DNA from: Guillardia theta CCMP2712
Lineage: Eukaryota; Protista; Cryptophyta
Assembly: GCF_000315625.1 (NCBI RefSeq)
Contig: NW_005434522.1
Span: 32,703 to 96,702, forward strand
DNA length: 64,000 bases
Reading direction: 5' to 3'
In this document: in pieces, positions 11,772 to 22,980 of the stretch
Layout: the number at the start of each line of letters is the position of its first letter
How positions within the stretch are numbered: position 1 is the first letter of the stretch
Translations under genes and position numbers: made by a program
The notes under the pieces: model-generated
The model's database searches: none
What the model saw: the letters and a program-made list of their open reading frames with translations, nothing else
Told to the model about the DNA's origin: nothing

Positions 11772-14700
11772 CTAAGCATGTAGATAGGACANNNNNNNNN
11801 NNNNNNNNNNNNNNNNNNNNNNNNNNNNNNNNNNNNNNNNNNNNNNNNNNNNNNNNNNNNNNNNNNNNNNNNNNNNNNNNNNNNNNNNNNNTACTTTCTT
11901 TCTACTTCCTCCACTCCCCCCTCGTCCCCTTCCCCTCCCTTCCTCCTCTTGTCCCCCTTACTTCATTCCTCCCCCTCCATCTGCCTCCCTTGCTCCCTTC
12001 AACTCCCCCCCCCTCCCCCTCTCTTATCTCATCTCCCTTGTTCGTACCTCTTCGTTCTTGTCCTCCTCGTCGTTGATGAAGACCAAAACCTCCTCCTGTC
12101 TCCTCATCAGTCTTCTCCTGGCTCTCTCCTCCACCTACCTGTCCCGCTGCCTTCCTAGCACCGAATCTCAGCCCGATGTACTGCTGTCCACGAGGGAGGA
12201 TGTGAAGTTCAGGCTAGAGAAAGCAAGGTCAGCCACCTCCTCTTCACCCTCCTCACTCCTTCCCTTCCTCCTCCTCCTCACTCCTCCGACCTGGTTGTCC
12301 TTGAAGCTCAGTAGGTCAGGTCGGTTAGTCCTCAGCCTGAAAGTTCGCTGAATGCTGTAGGGGTTCGTGTACATGATCTTCTTGTTGCTTGCCTGCGAGC
12401 CCGTCACCTCTCCTCCTCCTCCTCCTCCTCCTCCTCCTCCTCCTCCTCCTCTCACCTTGTTGGCAACGATAGAGATTTCGTATCTCTTGGAGATGAGCGG
12501 AAGTTTCGCTCGCGCACACACGAGCCAGCGGTAGAGCGGAGGCCCTCGCACATCTAGAGGGCGAACGAAGTGAGACGAGAGGGAGGGAGAGGGGGGGGAG
12601 GAGGGGGGGGAGGGGAGAGGGAGGGAGAGGGGGGGAAGGAAGAAGAGTGGGCGGAGGAAAGAAGTTTGAAAGGAACTCACCGCTATCCACGAAGTTGACG
12701 AGGATGTCGCGCTTGCCTGCCCTCATGGGATGATATCGGAAGGGAATTTCCGTGAGAGCCTGGCAAGCAAGACAGTGAGGGCGAGGCAAGAGGGAAATGA
12801 GTAGGAGAAGGGGAACAATTGAGATGAAGAGGAGGGAGCAGAGCCAAGGAGAAAGAGGGAAAGGAGGAGGAGGAGGAGAACGAGGGGAAGGGGAAGGGGA
12901 AGGGGTCAGAAGGGGAAGGAGGAAGGAGGAAGGAGGAAGGAGGAGGAGAGAGTTTAGGTGTTCTCACATCTCCTATGCTCATGGGCTCCTTCACATCGAG
13001 CTCGAACTCGGAGGGATGGGACGAGAAGCCTCTGACGTGTCTGACGCTGTCGCGGCAACGGAGTGTGATGCTGCATCCTTCCCGCTCCACCTGCCCCACA
13101 AGCCCCTGGACGTCGAGCCGATTCATGGAGTGAATGTTGACCTGCCAGATCTCGAAGACGGACGCGAGGTACTCGTCGTTGTAGAGGATGACGAAGAACG
13201 AGGCGACTCGCCCAGCTGCCTCGCACCTGTACTTGATGTGCACGTCCTCCACCTGCGAGTCGCTGGCGTGCGGTATCGACCGGACAACCACGGCAGGGTC
13301 GCTGGTCCACGTGAACTTCCTCGCGCTGGAGCTACGGGCGACTGACGAGTTTGACGGGAACCTCCAGCCTGCTAGGGAGGGCGAGCTGCGAAGACGTCAG
13401 ACTCCAGCTGACCTCCAGCGGATCCTTCACCTGCTCGAGTCCACGACGATCTTCTTCTTGAGGAAATCGTTCTGACCGTTGTAAAAGTTGAAAACCTGAG
13501 AAGAGCGATGTCAGAGCGGAGAGTGAGGAGAGGAGAGGAGACAAGAGGAGAGGAGAGGAGGGAAGGGGAGGGGGGATGAGTGGAGAGGGGAGGAGAGGAG
13601 AGGAGAGGAGAGGAGAGGAGAGGAGAGGAGAGGGGAGGAGAGGAGAGGAGGAGCGCTGGGTTGGCCTTGACCTGATCGATGACGAATCTCCTTGGCTTCA
13701 CCTTGATCACATAGTTGTACAGGACCACGTCTGCCACTCCATTGCGGCGGGCGACGAAGGTGACGTGAATGTCCCTCTCGCGGAGAACTGGAGGGGAGGA
13801 GGAGGAGGAGGAGGAGGAGACTTCGGCGAGGGATCGGGTCATGGAGCCAGCAGGAGCCGCTTCTCGATGAGTCAGCGAGCTGGCGAGCGAGCGGAACTTG
13901 AAGGGGACAACAATCTCTTGGTGCGCCTGCAGCCAGACGTTGAAGACTCGCCGGTCCTTGGCCACCATGTCGGACTCGACGACCCCCGAGACGCCGAAGA
14001 TCTTGTTGAGGTGCTTCCATTCCTCCACGTCCGTCACCAGCTGCAGCTCCTCGTCGTCCATGCGGATGCCGATGACTCGCTCCTCCGAGTACGGGTTCCT
14101 CAGCCGGTACTGCAGGAACACCACCTCCCCGAAGGACGGGAAGATCACCTCCTCTGTCGTTATGCTGCTCTCGAGGATCTGCTTGATCTTGGAGTCCTTG
14201 TGCGTCTCCCGGTACAGACGCGCCGCCTCCACCAGTAGATGCTTCTCCTCCTCGCTCGCGCTCCGCTCCCCTCGCCGGCTCGCCTTGAGCCGCTGCCATC
14301 GCGCGTTCTTCTTGCGGTCCACCTCCTCCAGCCCCGGCGCTTTCTTGTCGCTCACTTTCACCTCGAAGAATTTCTCCATCGCCGTCACATCCACCGGCTG
14401 CGCTCCCATCAGCTCCAGGAAGGCGCTCACGTCTGAGTCATGCAGCCCCGGGCTGAGCCCCGACAGCTTCACCAGCTCGTGCACCATGCTCTTGTACGCA
14501 CTCAACGTCATCCTCCCCCCCTCCGCGAAGTTGTGCAGGCACTTGCGCACCGACCCGAACCTGACGGTCATCAGCCCGAGCATCTGGCGAGCATGCTGGC
14601 GGAGGGCCTGGGCTCTACTCTTGTCGTGGACCCTGTCAGAGATGATCGCGTGCCCGCTGAGGTCGATGGCCTCCAGGTCGATCCTCCCGTCCGGCTGGAA

Positions 14701-17700
14701 CATTTCTGACAGGCGGAAGCAGAAGGCCGAGATCTGCCGCACGGAGAGGACGGAGGACAGCTGCTTCAGCTGTATCATCGCCTTTTGCAGCTCGTCTGCC
14801 GACACCTTGACCTCCACCCCTCGCTCCCTCAGCAGCGCCTGCATCTCCTCCTTGTATGCGCACAGCAGGCTCAGGGCCACGTGGGGGTGATCCTCCTCCC
14901 TCCCCTCGCTGCCTCCTTGGGTCGCCTCCTCCGTAAGGGGCAGCACGCGGCTGCCATGGTCGGGCATCTGAGCTCCGCGCGGCTCCCTGGGGACCTCGGC
15001 AGCAGCCCCCCCAGCAGCAGCAGAGGAGAAGCCCACAGAGACGAAGCGCATGAAGGCGCTGCCAACCTTGTTGGGGAGGAAGGGGGCCTCGTCGGTACTC
15101 TGCTGGACTGGGGAGGCGTCCGCTCCTCCTTGCGAGCTGAGAAACTCCAGGATGGAGTACTCGCCAGCAGACTGCTGGGCTTCTCTCCCCTGCCGCAGGA
15201 AGACTTTGAGGTCGATGGGGATGATGCCGATGGGAAGCGACGAGTCCGCGTCCCAGACCTCGACCTGCATCGACTTGGAGGACAAGAACCTGGCGAAGCT
15301 GAGCCTCGAGTCGACCAGGTCCTTCCCTTCCCTCCTCAGGTCCACCTGGAACGAGAGCACGATCCCCGCGCTCTGATCCGCCTCCACCTTGCTCGCGCTC
15401 TCCAGCACGAGGAGCTGAGGCTTGTCTTCCTTGCCCGCGGGCTCTTGGCCGTCGCTCTTGATGCAGGCAGGCAGCGTCTCGAATGGATCAGAGTTGTAGA
15501 AGTGAGAGCGGAAGGACAAGCGCCTGTGCTCACCCGGCAGCCTCACCGCGAGGATGTGCAGGACGACAGTCTGCATGCTCACGTTGTCCATAGCCTCCTT
15601 GCCCAGGTCGATGGAGGAGGAAGGAATGGAGGACTCCAGCAGCGGGACCTCCTTGAAGTAGTTGGGCACCAGGTCCCGGATGCTGGTTCGCAGCAGCAGC
15701 GCCTTGAGAGCACGGGAGAGAGGGGCGAAGCTCTCCCCCACCTGCTTGTCTGCCAGTCTCACCTCCTCGTCCTGCTCCGCCGCTTCTTGCGCCTCGTCCA
15801 TGGCGACGTGCCCGTGAGATCCCTTGCCTCTCCTCACCCTCCTCGACACCTCTCGCTCCCCTCTGTCCGTGTCAACCTCGCTTGTGTCCGTGCTCACAAT
15901 CTGCCTGCCTGCTCCCCTGTGGCCTCTTCCTTCACTGCGGACCTGACTCCTGGAGGCGGAGCGAGGAGAGCGGTAGATATCCACATCCTCCCGCTCGCGG
16001 CTGTCCTCCTCGATGGAGTCAGGAGGGGAAAGCACGCGTTCAGCGTGCCTTCGGTCTCCCTTCGGGATGTTGATGTTAAAGTTCCGATCGACCTTCTCGC
16101 CTCCCAGCGGGGACTCAGCAGCTCGCGCCAGGATCTTCACCCTCACCACTCCGTTCAGCGTCTTCGAGCCAGCAAAGTCGAACTGGAGCTCCTCTATGAG
16201 GTCTTGCCAGCTCCCTTCGCTGCTCAGTCTCCTTTGGTTGCCCGACCCATCAGTCCACAGCATGTCGCCGCCGCTGCCGTGCAGCCGGTGGATCCGATCG
16301 CGAGCCTCAGCCCAGGAGGTGCTGACAGAGAAGTCCTTGAGCCTGGTGGTGGAGTCCGGAAAGAAGATCTCGAACGTTCTCAGCTCCTTGTGCTCCTCCT
16401 TGTCTCCTCCTCGTCGGGTGCTCGACGAGGACGGAGGTGGCAGCTCAGCTTCTCCAGACTTCCTGCTCCTCCTTCCCTCTGCTTCAGCAGGGGATGCTGC
16501 TCTCCCTCCGTGTCCCTGCTGCCCTCGCTCGGCAGCATCCCGATGACTCTGCTCGCTGACCTGCTGGGACCTGTTCTTCTCCTGACGGTGAGACTTCGCA
16601 GCCCCCCCTCCTTCCTCATGGCGCGCATGCTCAACCGTCCCCTTGGACGCTTCAGCTGGAGAAGTTGAAGCCTCTCGCTCATGTCGCGATCCCTTCTCTT
16701 CCTTGGCAGCAGACAGGCCCTGAGTAGCAACTGCTCCCTCTCCCGCTGCTGGTGCTGCTGCTGGTGTTGCTGCTGCTCCCGCTGCTGCTGCCGCTGCTGG
16801 TGGTGCCGCCGCCGCCGCCGCCGCCGCCGCTGATCAGGTTGTAAGTGGAGTGCGAGGAGCGATGTCAACAACACACCGTCTTTCGGAAAGCAGGTGACAT
16901 GAACCCTCGCAGGAGTCGAATCGCCGTCGGGTTGCTCGTTGAAGAAGTAATCCAAGAAGGCTTCGAGCTTGGCAGCGCTTCAAGTTGCAGATGAGTTGAG
17001 GAGGCGAAGGAGAGGGAGGAGCAGACCTGTCCACGAGGATAGGAGACTTAGCCCGGTTGTTCTCGTCGACAGGAGTGTAGGAGATGTAGGCGTCTGTTCC
17101 TATCTCTTCCTTGAGAATCTGTTCCCGAGGTGAGCAGGAGGAGCAGGAGGAGGGAATGTCACCTTGCTCAATTCGGGGAAGCTGATCTCCCAGTCGATGC
17201 CCCTGATTGTCTTCGAGTCGAGTTTGCTTCCAGGGATGTGGGCAAGGGAGCAGATTAAGGAAAGTTCTCCTTCGCCATCCCCCCCCTCGCCCTCGCCCGC
17301 AGCCCTGCCAGCCTCAGCTCGCGGTGTGGCCTGGTCTTCCGATTCCTGAGTCTCTGATGCTGTCTCTGCTGACACAGACTCCTCGTCCGATCCGCTCACT
17401 GAAGGAGACTTGGGCTTCGAGACTGGCGGCGCCGGCTTGCTGCCTGCGCGCTTGAGATCCTGAGGACGAGGAGTGAGGTCAAAGAAGGAGAAGAGAGGAG
17501 GAGTCGAGAGACCTTTGCAGCTTGAGCAACATCGGCAACTTTGAGATTGTCTCCTGCCTCCACCTGGAATGTGACCAGGGCTGCGATGTCTGACAAGAAG
17601 AGTGAGTGAGTGAGCGAGCGAGCGAGAGGAGCGACAGGAGGGCAAGGAGGAAGTAGGACGACAACGGAAACAAGGATCTGAAATGAAGAGCAGCTTGCCT

Positions 17701-19517
17701 TTGCGAGAAATCTTCAAGGTGCTCACGCTAGGTGGCAACTTGCCGGTGTTCATCGAGAGTTGGTATCTTCCTGCCAGCACGGGGCCGTCGTCCTCCTCTA
17801 CCAGAGCTGCGCAGATCCACCTGAGACAAACTCAGAGGATGACGAGATGACCAGCTGCTCATCACCCCAAACAGGTTGAATCTGCGAAGAGAAGGAGGAG
17901 GAGAGGAGCTGAGTTGACAGCCATGAAGTTCTGCGGTAGCATGAGCAACGATCAGCTCCTGATCCTCTCCCATCTCACCTTGAGAACGATGTCTTCCTTG
18001 CTGGACCACTCGCTTCCTGTCCTCGTCAGTGTGCATGCCACCAGGGGTTGGGCACCCAGGAAGCGCCTGCCATTGTGAAGTCCCAGCTCAACACGGACTG
18101 TCTGGGCATCGACAGTCAAGTTCTGAGGTCCGACGTCACTGATGAGCGAGCAGACTGGAGCTTGCAAACCTTGACGGCGAGGTTCTTCACTTTCAGAGAA
18201 TGCGACGGCATCATTTTGATATTTGAAAACTTTGGTCCCAGCTGACCTCCTGCTGTGATTCCTGGGATGGTGGACATGACAGGATCCGTCCCTCCTGCTC
18301 TCGGGTAAGCGCACGCCCTCCCCTCCCCTCTTCTTCCTCTCTCCGCCCCTCCTAACCTTGCCATTAACATCCCCCACCCACACACCCGTGTTCCTCTTCT
18401 CTTTCCCTCCCCCTTTCCTCTCCTCTCGCCCCCGCCTTCCTCTCCTCTTCCTTGTCCTTCCCTCCCCTCACCACAAAGTTGATTCGGAGCCAGAAGCTCC
18501 GTGAGGACATTGCTCGCCTTGGCGAATGACATGCAGATGTATCGGAAGGAAGAGTTTTGCTTCACAGGCGTAAGACCACGAGGAGAAGAGCGCAGCTGCA
18601 AACCTTGAGCACGAAACTCTTGAAGTCGTTCAAGTTGAACTTCGCCAGGACCAGCAGCCGCGGGCTTCCCATCATCAGCGCGCTTGATTTCAAGCTAGGC
18701 TCGTCCCGAGGCAGCGAGAAACTCTCAAATTCTCCGCTGGGGTGAAGGTGGACCAGACTCCAGCACAACCCCAGCTGATCGACTCTGATCGGGTTCTTCT
18801 GTGTCATGCTCACCACGACCTCAACTGGGGAGGAGGATCGGAGGGTCAGGGCAGAGCGTCAGGACCGTCACGAGATAGACCTGCAAGAACGGTCTTGTCT
18901 AGGTCTTGCGAGCTGTGGAACACAAATCCATAGCCTTCCGGCATCTTCAGCTGGCAGACCATGCAGGGTCCATGTTGAGTTCTTGTCTATGGAGACTTAA
19001 GAGGTGAAAAAGTCAGAACATGTCAAGGAACCTTTTCTTCGATCTTTTGCAGGCATGACTTCAACTCAATCTTGCCACCAGACCAGGTGTTGCTACGATA
19101 TTCATCGTCATCGATGACTCAAGAGCTGTTCGCACTCACCCGAAGAAAACAGAGCTGGAGGTATCAAACAGGGTTGCATTCAAATGCAGCTGACAAAATT
19201 CAGTGAGCAACATCGGAGGGCACCGGCACAAGTAAAACCTCAACGGAGAAATCGGATTTCGACGCCAAGTTCAGACAAGTCTCGGGGATGGGGATCTTGA
19301 GGACATCGAAGACCTTGAGCAACTCTCAGCCCAACACGATGAGAGTTGAGCAACTTCTCACTTGGAACACGTATGCGGCGCTAGCTGCTCCTTCCTTGAC
19401 CGTTTGAGCTACCGGGCAGGCCTACAGCACCCTCACTCTCAAGCACGCCCAGCACAAGAAGCTCACCCATGCGATCTTCGACCATCGCTGTGACAGCAAA
19501 CTGAACTTTTCATCCAT
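11772..19517 (-). CDS. NPHP4: Nephrocystin-4, ciliary transition-zone protein
   Basis: N-terminal LHLNATLFDTSSSVFFGNTW; C-terminal blocks LRNPYSEER, IVVPFKF, FVIDQVFNFY..DFLKKKI, MNRLDVQGLVGQ, FSSHPSE, KKIMYTNPYSIQRTFRLRTNRPDLLSFKD, YIGLRF and EEVLVFINDEEDKNEE, which match the conserved NPHP4 organisation. The last exon runs into the N-gap. Confidence 0.92.
11792..11891. other. Assembly gap (100 N)
   Basis: Run of N. Confidence 1.
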
Positions 19518-19959
19518 GATGGGAGAGTCTCGGCCTTGAATACATGTTAAGGATAGTGTGTTTCATCATAAAACATTGTCACCCTCTGCAACGAGAGCAG
19601 GTGGACTAGTGGTTGATGCCACTCAGTTGCATCTTCTCCTGTTCAGCTCTCGTCAGAAGAATGGAGGCCAGCCATGAGCATTGAGTTCAGCATGGAGGAT
19701 TAAAACGGGCAGCTGGATGAAAGGGATCGACACAAGACTACAAGTTTGCTGCCGTCCAGTACAGTCTCGAACCTGCTCAAACATTCTAATCGGGCACTCA
19801 TGGTGTTTATCTCTCCAGCATCTACGAGAAATCTTGTTCAACTTGTGAGACTGTACCTGCTAGTCCAGGCTGTGGTTCCCATCTCTACGTGCTCCTAGCT
19901 GACAGCTGTCGGCTATCCTTGCTTGCTTCAAGTCAATGTTCAACCTTGTGCCCACAGTT

Positions 19960-20307
19960 CTCGATTTCGTGGTCATCCCTCTTCGCCTCTCCTACTTCCT
20001 CTCCTCATTGAACCCGGGGTTCCAGGTATCAGTTGCGCATGGAGCATGGAATCCTTCACTGTCATGAGCTCCTCTTCAAGATCTGCTGCAAGGCCTCCCT
20101 TACTAGAACCTGCTTGTTTGACACAACAGTTCCCCGCGCTCCAAGTGAATTCAGTTCTCCTCTCCTCTCCTCTCCTCTCCTCTCCTCTCCTCTCCTCTCC
20201 TCTCCTCTCCTCTCGTCGTCACGTCCATACTTCGATCCCTCTCTGCTCTTCTTCCCCTCCCACTCTCCTTCCATTCCTTTCTCCCCCCCGACTCCAGCTT
20301 CCGCCAT
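19960..20307 (-). CDS. Possible small hypothetical gene (fragmentary model)
   Basis: MAEAGVGGEKGMEGEWEGKKSREGSKYG, then a (GAGAG)n intron, then SSKGGLAADLEEELMTVKDSMLHAQLIPG...; 3' end unresolved. Confidence 0.25.
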
Positions 20308-20319
20308 GATGGGCAAGGT

Positions 20320-20775
20320 GACCCAGGAGTGGGTAGGGGTACTATTTTCCAGGGTGAGGGTCACTCATGTACCCTACAAAGAATCATAAAAAAACTACAG
20401 AATGTACCGGTACATTCAATGCAAATAGGGGTAGGGTACTAAAATTCAAGGGTTGGGTGATGCAAACCACAAAGGCGGGAAAGATTCGAAAGTCTATCCC
20501 CCTGGGTAGGGGTAGTATGGTGGAAGGGTCATACAAATTTACTTTGCTGATTATGGGGTACTTTGCATATGAATTAAATGAATAAGACATGGGTAGGGTA
20601 GTAAGAATGACGGGTGATGTACCCGAACTTGGTCCAAGACAAGGGGTAGGTCGTGCTGCAGCCATTCGAACCCCCGCTGGACTACCCCTCAACATTCCTA
20701 TCTGAACACCCCTTCAAAAAATGACCCCTTCTGATTCCCTGAAGTAATGTGGAGATATGTGGGTAGGGTACTTAA
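20320..20775. promoter_or_regulatory. GGGTAGGG(G)TA motif cluster in the divergent NPHP4/SURF6 spacer
   Basis: Copies at about 20331, 20428, 20504, 20591, 20643 (partial) and 20761. Confidence 0.45.
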
Positions 20776-21220
20776 TATGAAACGGAACAACGGAAAATGA
20801 TGTAACGATTGGACCAGTCTCGTAACGGTTTAGAGAACGGAAACACTTCACGTGCGATAATGCAGCCGATCAAAAAGAATCAGGGGAAGACAGGGGCAGG
20901 ACAGGACAGGACAGCACAGCACAGCACAGCACAGGAGAAAGAAGTACGACTTGGACGAAAACAGCAGTAGTGATTCGTTCAGGGCAGAGAAGGTATGCTG
21001 CTGTAAGCAGGGAGCAGGGAGCAGATTACAGCCTACTATGTGACCGAATCCTAGTGAATGAGAGAGAGAGATAGGAAGGGGAAGAATCAATCGGACACAA
21101 GTGGCGGTGACGAAGCAGGTGTAATAATAGTGCGCATTCCTATTATGGACAAGTGTTTGATATGGAAATCTTACCGGGAGAGATGGGGCTGCACATTGAA
21201 CTGAATGTGATGTTTGATAG

Positions 21221-22819
21221 ATGGCTGCCCAAAAGAACTCAATGAAAAAGAAGAAGACAAAGGAGGAGACGCCTGCAAAGGGAGAAAGCCGGAAACCAAC
21301 GGATGATATGAGCACGATGACAGACGAGAAGTTGAATGAGCTGATCCTTGAGAGCTGCCAGGATATGAACTACCTCGTCAGCCTGATCCCCGCCGACACT
21401 TACAGAGTGCCAGACGTGGCCGAGCGATCGAAGCCTCTCAAGTACCAGAAGAAGGTGAAAGAGACTGTGAGCGAGAAAGTCCTGAGAGCGGAGAAAAGCG
21501 CCAAGAAGAAAGCCAAGTTTGCCGTGGATAGAACGGGTGGTGAAGCGGGGGCGAAGGAGGGGTCAGATAGCGACGAAGGAGAAGAATCGGAGGATGACTC
21601 AGAGGTTGACATGTCAAGCGAGCAGCCCAGGAAGGCAGTTGTGCCGGGGGTTCGAGCTAAGACCCCAGCTGAGCTGAAGGAGCTACTGGAGAAGAAGATG
21701 AGTGCACTACAGCCCAAGAGAAAGGAGGGAAGGAGCGAGCGAGCCGAAAGCAGGAAACGAAAACGAGAAGAAGCCAAGGAGAAGAAGAAGAAACAGCAAG
21801 AGAAGGACAAGAAGTCCAAAAGCTTCGTGCCAATCCCCTCGCCGATGCCCAAAGAGAAAAGGCAAAGGAAGGAGACGGAGCAGAAGGTCTGATCTCTTGC
21901 TGACATGTAAGCATCTCACTTGTCACCAGACGGAAGACTTCACCTTCGGCAGGATGAAGATGGGAGGAGAAGAAATCGTCGGGGGAGGGAAGAATAAGAA
22001 CAAGAAGTACAGAGACAAGCCCGAGAAGGTCAAGGAGGCGAACAGGAACGCACGTGGATGCTGACAGCAGAGAGGCAGTTGCTTGCAAAGCTCGAGGAGA
22101 AGGAGAAGAAGCTGGAAATGCTGGGGAAAGACACCGAGGAGGGGAAAGCTTTCATGGTGCGGATGCTTCCAGCTCCTGCTCATATTTAACTGTAAGGACA
22201 GGAGCGACAAAAATGGGGGCGAGCATCGACCGAGCTCAAGGAGTTAAGGTGAAGAGGAGAAGAGGAAGACGTTTCTGCTGCCGCTGACTGGTGGCTGTCA
22301 GGTCAAGGACGACAAGACGCTGTTGAACAAGACGATCAAGAAGAAACAGAAGATGAAGGCGAAGGTCAGAGATGAAGTGTGATGTGAAAAGAGGTTGACA
22401 TTGCTGCTTTGCAGACAAAAGAGAAATGGGTCAAAAGGTGCATTTCCCTTCTGGCCTGCACTCCTTCTATTCCTCTTATTGCTCTATTCACAATCATCTC
22501 CTCTCTGCCTGCTGCTCGTCTCATATGCTGGCTTCAGGGCAAATGATATCGAAGATCAACGAGCCAAGAAAGCCAAAGAGAAGCTGGAGAACATCAAGAA
22601 GCGAGCTGAGGTAGACATCGAGGGGAGGCAGAGGGAGCAGGAGGCAGAGGGTCTAGAGAAAAGAGAGGGGGGGAGGAGAGGAGAGGAGGCTAAAAGCTCA
22701 TGCAGGACAAGAAAAACAAGAAAATGGGGATCAAGTCGAAAGCCTCGAAAGGTTTGAAATTGCAGCAGCTACATTGCTCTCATGCTAACTTGGATGCTTC
22801 AGGCAAGAAGAAAAAGTAG
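21221..22819 (+). CDS. SURF6: Surfeit locus protein 6 / Rrp14 nucleolar ribosome-biogenesis factor
   Basis: RRP14-type N-terminus (NYLVSLIPADTY), Lys-rich body, EDFTFGRM, and spliced C-terminal SURF6 signature IDRAQGVKVKDDKTLLNKTIKKKQKMKAKTKEKWVKR...KLENIKKR. Confidence 0.88.
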
Positions 22820-22980
22820 AGAAGATTTCATGTCACACACCCTCACATCGATTGAAATCGCTGTATTCCTCTTTGACAATTTCTTTGTCCTCCCTCTCCT
22901 CCCCTCTTCGCAAAGTTCGAGGAGATTCAAGGCGCGATGGAATCCTAGAAAGGCTCCAGTCTCCTCCGACCTCTGCTGCT

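Noticed and set aside
14785-16668. 627-aa plus-strand ORF and other long ORFs overlapping NPHP4
   Set aside because: Antisense shadows of a GC-rich coding exon; no domain-like sequence.
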